Shown here: positions 48,401 through 61,093 of the stretch, in pieces
Position numbering within the stretch: the first letter of the stretch is position 1
Layout: each line of letters opens with the position of its first letter
NCBI RefSeq assembly: GCF_039654945.1
Contig: NW_027361831.1
Span: forward strand, 10,416,001 to 10,480,000
Source of the DNA: Dendrobates tinctorius
Lineage: Eukaryota
Reading direction: 5' to 3'
DNA: 64,000 bases
Position numbers and translations under genes: made by a program
The notes under the pieces: generated by a model
The model's input: only the letters and a program-made list of their open reading frames with translations
Databases searched by the model: none
What the model was told of the DNA's origin: nothing

Positions 48401-49651
48401 GTCATAGACTGGTTAAGAAAGACAAACGGACACTCAGACATACGTTTAGAGAGTGAGTTTTGTAGACCCTGGGATTTGGGGGCATTACTTCACACGTCAT
48501 TGGCTAACATACCGAAGAAAATCAAACACTCACTGGTATGTAGAGATACGGTGATGGCTTGGAAAGCAGTAAGAAAAAAATTCGGTTTGTCCTGGAGAAT
48601 CTCCAAACATCTAAATATATGGAAATTTCCAGATTTCCCAGCGGGAAGGGACAATAAATTATTTTCAGAATGGAGGAGTAAAGGGATAGAAGGGGTGACG
48701 GATTTATTACATGAAACGGAGAGCAGGTGGCTGACATACCAGGAAATAGTGACAAAATATGGACTATCCACATTCCAAATCCTTCAATACAAACAGATAG
48801 AAAAAGGGTTAATGTCACAATTGAGGGATGTTAGTATGGAACAGGTGACAAATGACATGGACCGAATTATTATGAAAGATAGACATGAGAATACTATTTC
48901 AGCTTTATATAAGGCTATGAGAGAGGTTTTGATTCCAATATGCCCAGAACAAATCTGGAGAGCATGGGCAAGACAATTAGAGGACGTCGAAGTGGGGGAC
49001 AAGATATTGCAGGGGTGGATGACAATGAGGAAGGAGGTGATTAATGATACACAATTCCGGTTGATGCATAGAGCAATCTATGGTTTTAATATCCCAATCA
49101 CACAACAGATAAGCAGAGTGATCCATTGTCCCAAATGTAAATGGCCAAAAACAGACCTGTTTCATGGGATCTGGCAATGCCCAGAGAGCCAGAAATTCTG
49201 GAAAAGATTGCAAACATTTAGACAAAAAGTGGGGAGTGTGGAAGTCGAAATGGACCCATTGCTGTGGATCTTCCATTATAGGAACAAGGGGCAAATAATA
49301 GCAGGAGGGGGTGACCAGAGGCCCAAATTACCAAAATTGTTTCATGGAGTGGCTATGATAGGCAAAAGGGCTTTATTGTCCAAATGGCTGGAAGGAAGTG
49401 TGCCGTCAGAGGAAGAGGTGTTGAGGCAGATTAAATCATTACTCAGAATCGAACAGCTGGAGGCGGAAAGGAATAAGGAGGGCCTGACGGGTAAATTTTT
49501 CAAAAAATGGAGGAATTTCATAGTGCAACAGTGCGGTGAAGAGGAAATAAGGAAAATAGTAACTCCCTTTAAGTATACAGAATGGTATATATTGGAAGAG
49601 ATCCATGGCAATTTGGGGAAATTGAAGGTGATTAATGAAGGTGAGATGTAA
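42487..49651 (+). pseudogene. L1-B ORF2 (APE endonuclease, RT, Cys-rich C-terminus), split by the CR1 insertion: 42487-44141 plus 47383-49651 gives 1307 aa
   Basis: Removing the CR1 and one GAGAT copy restores MANRLAEI|LPNLISPAQSGFVKGR in frame with no other stops. Confidence 0.93.
44142..47377 (-). mobile_element. CR1 LINE, 5'-truncated within ORF1 (esterase C-terminus); ORF2 near-complete with one frameshift at about 44680
   Basis: (ATTCTATG)n 3' tail at 44142-44173; GAGAT TSD at 44137-41 and 47378-82; ORFs 46969-44627 and 44709-44236; ORF1 end ARDGVHLTKTG...RALN. Confidence 0.95.
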
Positions 49652-50471
49652 GGTCTGGGTGGGGAAGGGGGATAAAACATGTGATGCTATATCACAGAGG
49701 TGGTGCTTATAATCTGTGTTTTCCAAGTGGTCTAGGCATAAAGTGTGTGCGAAGTTGCGAGGGGGGTTACCGAAAATGTACGATGACTAGGGTTTGCTTA
49801 AGGGAGGGTTGGATGGGAGGAGGATAGGCTATGTTATTGCCTGTTTATTGGAAATACGTTTTAATATATGAAACGGTGCATTGCTAATGAAAATTTGAAA
49901 ATTTGAAATAAAGTTTGTGTTTAAAAAAAAAAAAAAGATTTGATAAAAAAAAAAATAACAGTATTATTATTATTATAATACTCCTTAATAAAAAAAAATC
50001 TGTCTTATGCTGAGCCCCTAAACAAATTTTTGCCTCTCACTATATTCCCTTCACAAAAAATATGATGCCACGTTCTGTCCCTCTAATGGTACATGCGGTC
50101 CACACTGCCCTCTCCTTTCCATACTGGGCCCCCTTTTCACACTGTTCTCTTACAATGTGTCCCTTGTATACTGTGCCCCCTCATCTTGCCCTCCTCCTCA
50201 GCATACTGTCCCCCCATGCTACCTGTCATGAACTGGGGGTGTTTGGTTGCCCCCAGTTTGTCAGGGGATTTATTATATCCCACTTTCCAGTTCCGGTTTG
50301 GAACTTGAAACTCTCTGGCGCCCCCTTATCATCAGGTCCATCAGGGAACTACACCTAGGATAAGTAGTCGCAAGGAGGGCCGCCTTGTGTACTGGCCATT
50401 GGGAGCGCTGCAGGGAGGGCGATATAACTACTCCCAGTCTCAGGCGGGAAATACACTTATAAATCTCCGCC

Positions 50472-51678
50472 CGTCACTGCCAGAGTCTCCCCAAAAGCCC
50501 AGAACACTTGGCTGCCACCAGCTCCTAGTACTTATGATTAATTTCAGGTCAGGAGCCAACCCAATCAGTAGCATTGATTTAGTTCGGAGGACATGGCAAT
50601 AAGTTATTAGAGCAAGGAATACAAAACTAGTAAATCAAAACCAAAAAGAAAAACAAAATACAAGATCTCAAGTCACTAAGTTTATAGGGCTACTAGTATC
50701 ATAAAAAAAAGCCCAATAAGTGGAACATTAACCACAATAAAGAGAGGTTTTTAATAAACAATATCAAATTTTATTGCACATATATATATTAAAGACATAT
50801 ACAGTGTAAATAGTGAGGTAGATAGAATAGCAGCTAAGAGATACTGGCAAAATAAAGATGGAAGTATAGTGCCAAACAGAAAAACGTCTCAGCGTGAGAG
50901 TCTGCAAAAAGGCAGGATAATAGCAACAATAGCTCTGAGCATAGTTGTAAAGTTAATCATATGCGAAAATAGAAACAATCCACCGAAAGATAGCAACTGA
51001 TAAGTTGACAATTGTAAACTTGAACGAAGTGTTATCTCGGTATGCTCGAATTATTCCAAATAGAGCTTATAATAGGATAACGATATAGTTCCGCAAAAAA
51101 TATAAACACTAATAGATTGATAATTATTAAGTTTGAATAAGCGGTATCATCTCAGCATGCTGTAAGTATTCAGAATAGAGCAATATAGTGGAATAATGAT
51201 GTAGTCTGTTCAGTTATGCCCCATGGCTATAGAAGTATAGAGCTCAAGATAAAATTGCCAGAGAGTCCATAGATCATAGATAGTAAAGTAATTATGCCTC
51301 AATATGCTCCTTAACAAGATCCGAGGTTAAATTAGATTATACGTGACCCCCGACCAGAGGCAAAATACATCGCCATACAAGAAAGTGAATACTAGCGCTC
51401 AGAGAATTTTATGTTAAGGTAGATTACCTTGTGACATGGTCCTGGGTGGATGCAGAGACACCTGTGAGACGCGCTAAAGCCCCGACGCGCGTTTCGTTTC
51501 ACTGCCCTCGGTTTCGTCACTGCCAGAGTCTCCCCAAAAGCCCAGAACACTTGGCTGCCACCAGCTCCTAGTTCTTATGATTAATTTCAGGTCAGGAGCC
51601 ACCCCAATCAGTAACGTTGATTTAGTTTGGAGGACATGGCAATAAGTTATTAGAGCAAGGAACACAAAACTAGTAAAT
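50472..51678. repeat. 164-bp direct duplication (50472-50635 and 51515-51678) flanking an 879-bp insert
   Basis: Copies align end to end with about 6 substitutions. Confidence 0.92.
50636..51519 (-). mobile_element. Penelope-like pseudo-LTR fragment with a truncated hammerhead
   Basis: Minus strand TGACGA...CGAAACGCGCGTCGGGG, then a donor CAAG|GTAAT and AATAAA. Confidence 0.5.
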
Positions 51679-52797
51679 ATTATAGCTTTTACTCCAAAAA
51701 GAAATAGTCAGTGTTTACAAAAAGTACATAAAAGATGTCACAAATGAGACAATTACAGTATGAACAGGCAATTGTAAAATAAAGATGAATTAAAGATGAG
51801 CTAACACGTCTCAGTTACTGGCACGCCATGCGGAGATGATTGGTGGGGGAGGGAAACTGTCCCAATTCATCAAGTCACAATGCACAGCCTCTAATAGTTG
51901 TATCCCCGGGCAAAATACACCCTCTTCATTGAGCTTCATAATCTTATACCTGCTGTTCATGACCTCACTGAGTGGACGGGGCTATGGGATGTACTCCACT
52001 TGTTCAACAGTTACTAAAACTCAATCGTCATAACTCGGGCTGCGAGGCTCATAGAGGCGGCAGAACCATCTTTTTTCTGAGCATGAAATTGTCATTCTTT
52101 TAAGTCTAAACATGAAGTGGCTGTATGACGGTTAAGTAGAAATCCATTTCTTGGATTCTGCTGGTGCCGCAGTTTAAAAAACTCACTGGTGGGTGGTTCT
52201 ACCGATGCACGTGCCAAAAATGTATTTGTCCTACTTCCAGGCCTAATCTGCGTGATCATATACCAGTTTAAAGGAACAAAGATCTGAAGCCATGTGCTCC
52301 TACTTTTTACTTTCAGTTTCCCAGCTGTATGCAGGAGGGAGGGGAATCACACACACATTCCGGAGGGAGGGGGGGAAAGAGGAAGAATTACACTCAGGCA
52401 AGTAGAGAAGGAGAGCTGGAGCTTGTGCAGGGGGGGAACTGTAAGGGGGATCATTGCTGCAGCATGTAGACTTTACACAAACCTAATGGGGGAAGGGAAG
52501 CATGTGTGTCACAGTAAACAGTAAACAGTGTGTTGCAGTGGAAAGTTCTCGAAGTGTACTTAGGATATGAGCATATTCATATATTATCGTGACACTACCC
52601 CTTTTCTATACTGTTTCTCCACACTACCCAGTCTCTTTTCTGTGCCTTCTCACACATTTCTCCCCACATACAGTAATGTCCGCTCACCCATATCCCTTAA
52701 TAGTCTCATCAAGTATAATAAGCCTTCGTACACAACACTCATGCACGCAGACACGCACACATACATATACATGCATATGCATACAGACTATGCATAA

Positions 52798-53016
52798 TCT
52801 GTCCAATTACTTTTGGTCCCTATAAAAACAGGGTGGCACATGTTAAGGAGCTGAGACTCCTAAACCCTTCATCCAATTTTAATGTGGATACCCTCAAATG
52901 AAAGCTGAAAGTCTGAACTTCAACTGCATCTGAATTGTTTTGTTTAAAATTCATTGTGGTAATGTCTAGAACCAAAATTAGAAAAATGTCTGTCCAAATA
53001 TATATGGACCTAACTG
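52798..53016. mobile_element. Isolated Tc1 terminal IR
   Basis: tgtccaattacttttggtcc ... tgtccaaatatatatggacctaactg followed by TA. Confidence 0.7.
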
Positions 53017-53881
53017 TATATGGCACAAAGAGATTGTATATATATATATATAAAGGCACCACCATCAAGGGTCATCAGTATGCCCTGACATTCACAATAA
53101 GATAAAAATTATCCGTGCCTAAAAAAGAAAATTTCATCAGTGATCAAAAAAATAGGTGAAGTATGTAACCATAATAATCATGGATAAGTAAAGTCCATAA
53201 CAGTGCCACAAATTAGACAGTCATAAATCAATAGAGTCCATATTATAACAATGCCACATCTTAAAGGAATATAGTGTATGTTAGACAAAAGGCGCTCAAA
53301 AATACAAAGATGTCAGTAATAACAATAGAGGTGTAAAACAATAGAAACCAAGTGGAAAGTGCTCAAATATTCAGATATCCCTAATAACAGTAAAATGCCC
53401 AGTCACAGTCCTCCAAATCCCAAGGTACGGGAGCAGCAATAGAGGAAATAAATATTAGGGCAAAGTTTTTACCTGGTCATTTTCTTTCAAACTCATTATT
53501 GCGGTGACGTCTCCTTTGTGAGACATCCTTTTTTTTTATTTTATTGTTCTTTATTTTAAATGTTGAAATAAATTGGATTATTTTACTATTTGGATCTCTT
53601 CTTTCTGGAGTACAATCTATATTCCAGTTTTGCATATATGTAGTATATGAAGTGTCATTTTTTGATTTTGCATTGGCACAATTGTGATTAATCATTATAT
53701 AATTTCAGCAGACAGGGCCGTGTCTGTTAGCTCTGATGCGGCCAGGCCGGCACACAAACAAGATTTAAAGGCGCAGTGCTGGCCCGGTGGAAGAAGCAGC
53801 CGGTCTTGTGGCCCTGCACAGCTGCTGCAGGAGCGGCCCGATCCAGCCCACCCCTGGTACATGGACAGTAAGGGCCACATA

Positions 53882-54414
53882 CAGCTCTGGCAAAATTTAA
53901 GAGCCCACCACATCGAAACCCTGTCATGGGCAGCCCATTCTCCAGACCTGAACCCCATTGAAAACCTCTGGAATGTAATCAAGAGGATGGTGGATAGTCA
54001 CAAGCCATCAAACAAAGAACTGCTTAAATTTTTGTGCCAGGAGCAGTGTGAAAGACTGGTGATAAGCATGCCAAGACGCATGAAAGCTGCTTTTAAAAAT
54101 CATGGTTATTCCACAAAATTGATTTCTGAACTCTTCCCAAGTTAAAACATTAGTATTGTTGCTTCTAAATGATTATGAACTTGTTTTCTTTGCATTCTTT
54201 GTGGTCTGAAAGCAATTTTTTTTTCTTTAATTTTGACCATTTCTACTTTTCAGAAAAAAGCAGCAAAATTTATTGCTTGGAAATTCGGAGACATGTTGTC
54301 CGAAGTTTGTAGACTAAAAGAACAATTTACATTTTACTCAAAAATATACCTACAAAGAGAAAAATCAGACAAACTGAACATTTGGAATTGGTCTCTTAAT
54401 TTTTGACAGAGCTG
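53882..54414 (+). mobile_element. Intact short non-autonomous Tc1 element
   Basis: TA-CAGCTCTGGCAAAA...TTTTGACAGAGCTG-TA; retains WAAHSPDLNPIENLW. Confidence 0.9.
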
Positions 54415-54539
54415 TATAATTCATAATGCCAAATTACCTAAAGCTCGCTTTTGCAATTTGCCTGGGTCTGAAACGACCAAGAAAGAATGTTAAAGAATGA
54501 AAGAATGTTAACGAAAGTTTACGGAAAGGTCATAGGCAT

Positions 54540-56020
54540 CCTTCCTCCTCCCCAGGAGATGTTTCTTTATAAATATAAAATATGAGAGTCTCCTCCTTGC
54601 CTTGATTTCCGAGAAATAAGCAAAATGACGGTTAAAAATCTTTACCCACTTCCATTTTTTCCTGACTTATATAATCAGCTTCTGGGGGGCTTGATGGTTT
54701 TCTTAACTTGATCTTAGAGAGGCTTACAAACTGATATGCATCCGGAAGGGGGATGAATGGAAAACGGTGTTCTTAACGCCCATTTATTTTAAAACCTTGT
54801 CATGCCATTTCCATTATCTGATGCACCTTCTGTTCTTCAAAATTTTATGAATGATATTTTCACTCAATGCATTGGAAGGTATAGTGTGATTTACCTAGGT
54901 GATATTCTAATTTTCCCGCCCGATTTGGTCTCTCACCAGGAACATGTCCGTATAGTATTGCAAAGGTTGATGGAGAACTTTGTTTGCTAAATTACAGAAA
55001 TTTGTTTTTCTGTTCATAAAATTTCATTGTTGGGGTTTATCTTGTGAGCAGGCAGGTTTAGGTTGGACCCTGGGAAGGTGAAGGCCACAATTGTTTGGGC
55101 TCAACCTTGTGATCTTAAGGCTTTGCAATGTTTTCTGGGATTCACCAACAATTATAGGAAATGTATCAACTGATTAGGATTACCTAATGCAGAGACACCT
55201 CTTCACATCCCTAACGTGTTCCATAAATCCCTATTAAAGGAGTTGGTCCATTTGGCAGTGTCTCCTTCATCCCCATCAACTCCAGATTCTGTCAACAGTG
55301 GCTTGGATTACGAGGTTCAGAGGGCTGTGGATTCTCATAGGGTCTGAAATTTCCTCCAATACCTCATGGACTGGAGGGAATACGAACCAGGGGAGAGAAT
55401 TTGGGTCCCAGCTCGAGATGTGAAGGTTGAAAAGCTAGTCAGAACCTTCCATCTAAAATATCCTGGGAAACATGAGGGCCCAGTGGCCACCCTAGAAGGA
55501 TACTGTCACAATTCCATTCTCAGTATGTCTGGGATACAGTTATTGAAGGCTTAGCTGTCCAATCTGGAACAGGGGTGTGCTGAAGCTGTCAGTGCTTTGA
55601 CAGCTCAGTGTCCAGTCTGGTGCAAAGTCGGTGTTTTGATTGACAGTTTGGCCACCCAATCTGAGACTCAGAGGTGCTGGGCTGTCTCCAAGTGTTCATT
55701 GTCCCAGGTGATTGCCCTACTTCCTACCTGGGCTGTTATTTCCAGACCTCTGACAGACGTAGCTTCAGCTAAGTGTGTTTGGTTTTCTCTGTGCCTAGTG
55801 TTTTGCTTGCTGATATTTCATTTTCTAACCTTGGACCTCATTGAGACCCTCTATTTAATTTTTGTGCTGTTGGGCTATCCTCCTGGTATTTTGACCTCGG
55901 ACCGTTTCTTGACTACGCTTTTGTCTCTTCCCTGTTTATGACGTACCCTCCTGGCTTTTTACCTGGGACTCCTTGATTGACCCAACTCACGGCTTGTCCA
56001 AGAGAAGTGACTCAGCATCA
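54540..56020 (+). mobile_element. Gypsy chromovirus relic (RT fragment, deletion, chromodomain, probable 3' LTR from 55504)
   Basis: [38 protein letters not shown]; IPNVFHKSLLK, YEVQRAVDS, QYLMDWREY..ERIWVP; purine tract followed by TGTCACA. Confidence 0.8.
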
Positions 56021-56829
56021 GTTTCCTTACCTTACTACTGAGACTAGTGTCTTGTTGCCCTACTCACTAGATAGAGCTAGCTCAGGGTCAGTTAAAGATT
56101 AGGCTTGTGATTGTGCACATCCTTTGGTTTATTATAGGTAGCATTAACCAAGGGGTAGTAAAACAAATACAGCCCTCTGGGCAAAACAGAAAAACAAAAC
56201 AAAATGGTAGCACAAAGCACAGTCCTTCTGAGAGCGGGGTTCCTCTTGCTCACCACTAGCAGAACACACGGTTCAGGTTGGTTCCAGCACAACCACTTCT
56301 CTGGAGTGTTTCCTCTCCAGACACTGTACCCTGTTGCATTTGAAGGCCAGCCACTTAAGCTCCAGACCACCCCCTGGGGTGGAGATAAGGTAGACATCCT
56401 CCCACCCACTCTATGGATGTCCACTTAAAACGCAGCCCCTTAAAAATGTTAGCTGTAACTCATCACTACACTTAGTGTGCTGAAGGAAAATCTTTGGCTT
56501 TTATATCACTGACGCCACTAAGCGTAGTGAAACATATCTCCCCTCCAGCACTTTACCAGTGACTTTGTCACAGAGTAGATTTTTTTTTGATGTGGGGGTG
56601 AGCGAGTGTCGGAATCTTTTGTTCATACAGTGTGTATATAAAAATATAATACAAAATATTCAATGCACATAGAATATTGCTTTTTATTTACTTTTTTAGA
56701 TATATATAATAGTAGCTGCTTTTATTTTTAATTCCAATGTAAGTTCTAAATTCTTTTTCCTTTCACATTATCTTATTTTTCTTTACTTTGACTGTCTTGC
56801 ATTTTTTTTCAATAACATATATAGTTTCT

Positions 56830-57980
56830 CTCTGTGTGAGTTTTTCAAAATAAGCTATAAAATGATTCTCCAATAAAACATTTCTCACATTCTAGATATG
56901 ATAATGGCTTCTTCCTGTGTGAGATTTTTGATGTTGAAAAAGATGCCATTTGTGGGTAAAGCATTTCACAAATTTTCAACATGAACATGGCTTCTCCCCT
57001 GTGTGAGTTTTCTAATGAAAAACTAAAAGTGATTTCTGGTTAAAGAATTTCACACATTCTGAAAATGAAAAGAGTGAGCTTTCTGGTGTTTAAAGGAAAT
57101 CTATCAGTAGAATCAACCCTCTTAAGCCATCTTTATCAGCATGTAGGTAATAGAAAGTTGAATAAAATGATACCTTGATATATGAGATTCAATATCTTAT
57201 TCCAGGGAAATGTCCATTTTTCTTAATATGTAAAGGAGTTAAGATCTATGGGCTTTACACAGATCTTCCTGATAATCTGCCTCAATAGCTTATTTTAAAT
57301 AAAAGTGGGAGGTAACAGTGAGAACTGACTGTCATAATCATATACAGCTCTGCAGTGAGATCAGAACTAACAGTACAGCAGAAGTGAAATTTGTCTCATT
57401 ACAAACATTTGCAGCAGGAATGGCAGTACAGCAAAAGATGATAGTTCTTTCAGAAGGCAACTGAGAATCTGCTTGTTTTGTTTGTAATGAGACAAGATTC
57501 ATCTCTGCTGCACTGTGTAATCACATAAGCACAACTCTGCAGCAGAGCTGTCAACACTGAGAGGACAAGTGCCTCTGCAAAAGTTTGTATTAACGCAAAG
57601 CTTATGCTGTACTGTTTCAGCTGTGCTATACTGTTAATTCTGATCTCACTGCAGCGTTGTGTAATTATGAATGCAAAGTATCAGTTACATGTCTCAAAGT
57701 GGCAACTCCCCTTTTTTTAAATAAGTTATGGAGCCAGATTATAAGGAAGATCTGTGTCCGGCCCATAGATCTTAACAGCTCATTTGCATATAAGTAAAAT
57801 CTGGGTTTCTCTGCAAAAGTCATCGAATAGCAGATATCAAGGTATCATTTTATTCAACTTTCTATGACCTGCATACCCATATAGACAGTGTAGGAGCTTT
57901 GCTCCTACTGGCAGATTCCCTTTAACACAACTTGATTTATCTACATAAAATTTCCCACATCCTGTACAAAAGAAAAATCT
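56830..57980 (-). pseudogene. Relic zinc fingers downstream of the ZNF gene 2 stop codon
   Basis: After the TAG: CTGCGKFYVDKSSCV|KHQKAH (split by the MITE), then further decayed TGEKP-type units. Confidence 0.75.
57094..57921. mobile_element. T2/Kolobok-type foldback MITE
   Basis: TTAA TSD at 57090-93 and 57922-25; AGGAAATCT...AGATTCCCT termini; long imperfect inverted arms (e.g. atagaaagttgaataaaatgataccttgatat). Confidence 0.85.
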
Positions 57981-59575
57981 CTACTCTGTGTGAATTCTCT
58001 GGTGTCTCACAAGATTTGATTTATCTGCATAACATTTCTCACATTCTGAACATGAAAAAGGCTTCTCCCCTGTGTGACTTCTCTGGTGTCTCAGAAGATT
58101 TGATTTATCTGCATAACCTTTCCCACATTCTGAACATGAAAAAGGCTTCTCCCCTGTGTGAGCTCTCTGATGTAGAATAAGATGCGTTTTCTGGTTAAAA
58201 TATTTTCCACATTCCGAACATGAATGTGGCTTTACTCCAGTGTGAATTCTCTGATGTGTAACAAGATACGATTTATCTGCAAAACATTTCCCACATTCTG
58301 AACATGAATATAACTTTTCTCCTGTGTGAGTTATTTGATGTCTATCAAAATGTGATTTAATCGCAAAATACTTCCCACATTCTAAACATGAAAAAGGCTT
58401 TTCCTCTAAGTGAAATTTCTGGTGATTAACAAAATTTGATTTCCTTGCAAAATATTTCCCACATTCTGAACATGAATATGGCTTTTCTCCTGTGTGAATT
58501 ATGTGGTGTTTAAGAAGACTTGCTTTCTCTGCAAAACATTTTCCACATTCTAAACATAAATATGGCTTTTCCCCTGTGTGAGTTCTCTGATGTGTAACTA
58601 GATGTGCTTTATCTACGAAACATTTTCCACATTCTGAACATGAAGCAGTCTTCAGCCGTTTCTTCCCTCTGTGAATGCTCTGGTGTTTATATAGATACGA
58701 TTTCTTTCCAAAATACTTTCCACATTCTGAACATGAATATGGCTTCTCGCTTGTGTGAGTTTTTTGATGTTCAACAATACTTGATTTCTGTGTAAAACAT
58801 TTCCCACATTCTGAACATGAATATGGCTTCTCAGCTGTGTGAATTCCCCGGTGTCTAGCAAGACCTGATGGTCCTGTAAAACATTTCCCACATTCTAAAC
58901 ATGAATATGGCTTCACTCCTGCATGAGATCTTTGATGTGTAAAAAGATTTGCTTTATCGGCAAAACATTTCCCGCATTCTGAACATGAATATGGTTTCTC
59001 TCCAGTGTGACTTCTCTGATGTCTAAGAAGATGTGATTTCTGATTAAAATGTTTCCCACATTCTGAACATGAATAAAGCTTCTCTTCTGTGTGAGTTCTT
59101 TGATGTCTTAGAAGATATGATTTATATGCAAAACATTTCCCACATTGCGAACATGAATATGGTTTCTCCTCTTTGTGAATGCGCTCATGTCTAAAAAGAT
59201 CTGAATTCTGGTTAAAATGTTTCCCACACTTAGAACAAGAAAATATTTTATCTTCTGTTTGAATTTTTTTTTGTGTAACAAAAGCTTTTTTGAGGGAGTA
59301 ACTTTTATTTTTTGAAGATGCAAGTTGCTTTTTTTCTGTTGGAGCATGTTGATTTTTAATGTCCATATTATTACTTTTATTTTTCTTAATCGTGTGTGAT
59401 GAATTAGGAGATAGAACTTGTTTCAAAGGATCAGATGAAAGTTGTTTGATGTGAAGGGTTGATGATATATCTGGAGTAATGACATTCACTTCAATGGTAT
59501 CTTGTATTATATCAAGTTCATCTGATTTAGATATTGAAGATGTCAGTTGTCCCTCTGATCTCCTGTCACCGTCAT
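57981..59575 (-). CDS. C2H2 zinc-finger gene 2, terminal coding exon with 15 fingers (upstream exons not found in the window)
   Basis: Acceptor ttggcag|AT at 59576/59575, homologous to the last exon of gene 1; 15 CxxC-x12-HxxxH units with TGEKPY-type linkers. Confidence 0.95.
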
Positions 59576-61093
59576 CTGCCAAGAATAAAACATCCTTAAA
59601 AATAATAATAATTTAAAATATTTCTAGATAAAATGTCCATAGAAATGGCAAGTTATTTGGCAAAATTCATGATCTATTACCAGAAAAACAGTTCACAATC
59701 TAATAGACGACCTCAGAGCATGGACCAGTAGAGCATGGTGTAAAATAATGGAATAATAAATCACCAAAAATGTTATGTAGGCTAAAATGATTCCAATAGA
59801 AACTTCTCATCCAGAAAAAAAAGGCCCCACTCAGGTCCATCATTTGTCAATGGAAAAGTCTCAGTTACTAACCGCTAACAGGATTTTTCAGAACCCATGA
59901 CTGCACCACAAGAGAGGGGATCTGTCCACCAAGAACCCAAAACCTACAAACTAAAAAGGGTGGCACCTCTCTCCTGCATCTGTTACAGACCATGAGAAAC
60001 CTCCAATGGTTATGACAACAACATATTTTATTTTTTCCCCTTTTTCCTTCCCCCCCCCCCTCTTTTTTACCTATCCCTTCTTCTTATTTATTAACCCGCT
60101 TTTCTTATCTTTCTTTTTCTTCCCCTCTACTTCTTTTTTATTTATTTACACATTTCCAACTTCATTCCTTCCTCTCTCTCATTTATCATAAACTGTTCTC
60201 TCCCCTTCTCACCCCTCCCTCTACTACTGAGTCTCTCCTTCAACAGTGCAGGTACTGCTCTGAGCGACCACATGACTTCTTCCAAACACACACTGCCCTC
60301 AGCCTGACCTCCCTCTGCTCTCCCTCCCTATGCTGCAAACCCCATACAGACGCCAGGACGCTCTAGCCACGTTGGCTTTATGACGTCATCATCCTGCACC
60401 TTCTTAATACACATATATAGACCGTGCTTTCTTGAGCACACACTTACAACACCGCAGGTCCAGGCTGCTCCCATGCCATCAGGTCAGCTCTGCAGCACCA
60501 CCTGGTGCATAACATCTCCTTCTGATCCATTTTTTTCTTCTCCACATTCATTTCTCATGTTTTCTCCTACAGCCCCTGTTTGGGACTTCTGAAAATGCTC
60601 TAATTAATCTTTTCCTTGACACTACTTGAGGTTAGTACTCAGTATATCTGCCTTATTTGCCTGCCTTGTGTTTCCACCACCCCTGTTATTTCATCATGTA
60701 CAGAGACAATACTATAATATGTCTCATCTAGGTCTGCTGCTTATCCCCATTGTTACTCCTGATGCCTAGAATGTTAAAATTGACTTGTGGCCAATAGTCT
60801 CTCTAGCACTTGCTTAATTTAATTTTTTTACTCTCTATATGACATTTTCCTAATTGCCCTAGGGACCTTTATGTTGTTGTGCTTAAATTTGTATAGATAT
60901 ATGTTTCGCCTTTAGGGTTTTTTTTGCACTACTTTTCTGTTGTGCTTTTTTTGTTAGTATTTTTTAAAAAAAAAAAAAATATTTTTTAAAAATTTTTTTC
61001 ACATTTCTCTCATGTTTATTTTTTCTTTTCCAGCTTTCCGCGAGTTTGTCGTCCATATTCATTGTTGTAATTGCTTTTTATTTTATTTTTCAG

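Larger units (their letters stand above)
40514..49930 (+). mobile_element. L1 element B, full length and younger
   Basis: 15-bp TSD AAAAAAGATTTGATA at 40499-40513 and 49931-49945; AATAAA plus poly(A); 5' end CTTCCGGTTCCGG like L1-A. Confidence 0.95.
34423..49950 (+). mobile_element. L1 element A (old, degenerate): body 34423-40513, with its poly(A) displaced to about 49946-49955 by nested L1-B
   Basis: 13-bp TSD AAAAATAACAGTA at 34410-34422 and 49951-49963 at a TT|AAAA site. ORF1 remnants from 34569; ORF2 36526-40303 (WNVKGL, LDAEKAFD, RQGCPLSP, FADD) with many disruptions. Confidence 0.92.
50224..52512. mobile_element. LTR-like repeat hosting a duplication and a PLE-like insert
   Basis: TGTCATGA...TGTCACA ends; no TSD found. 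Confidence 0.35.

Noticed and set aside
59860-59990. Possible DIRS-type terminal fragment (ccatgactgcaccacaagagagggg)
   Set aside because: Resemblance from memory only; no partner repeat or coding remnant in the window.
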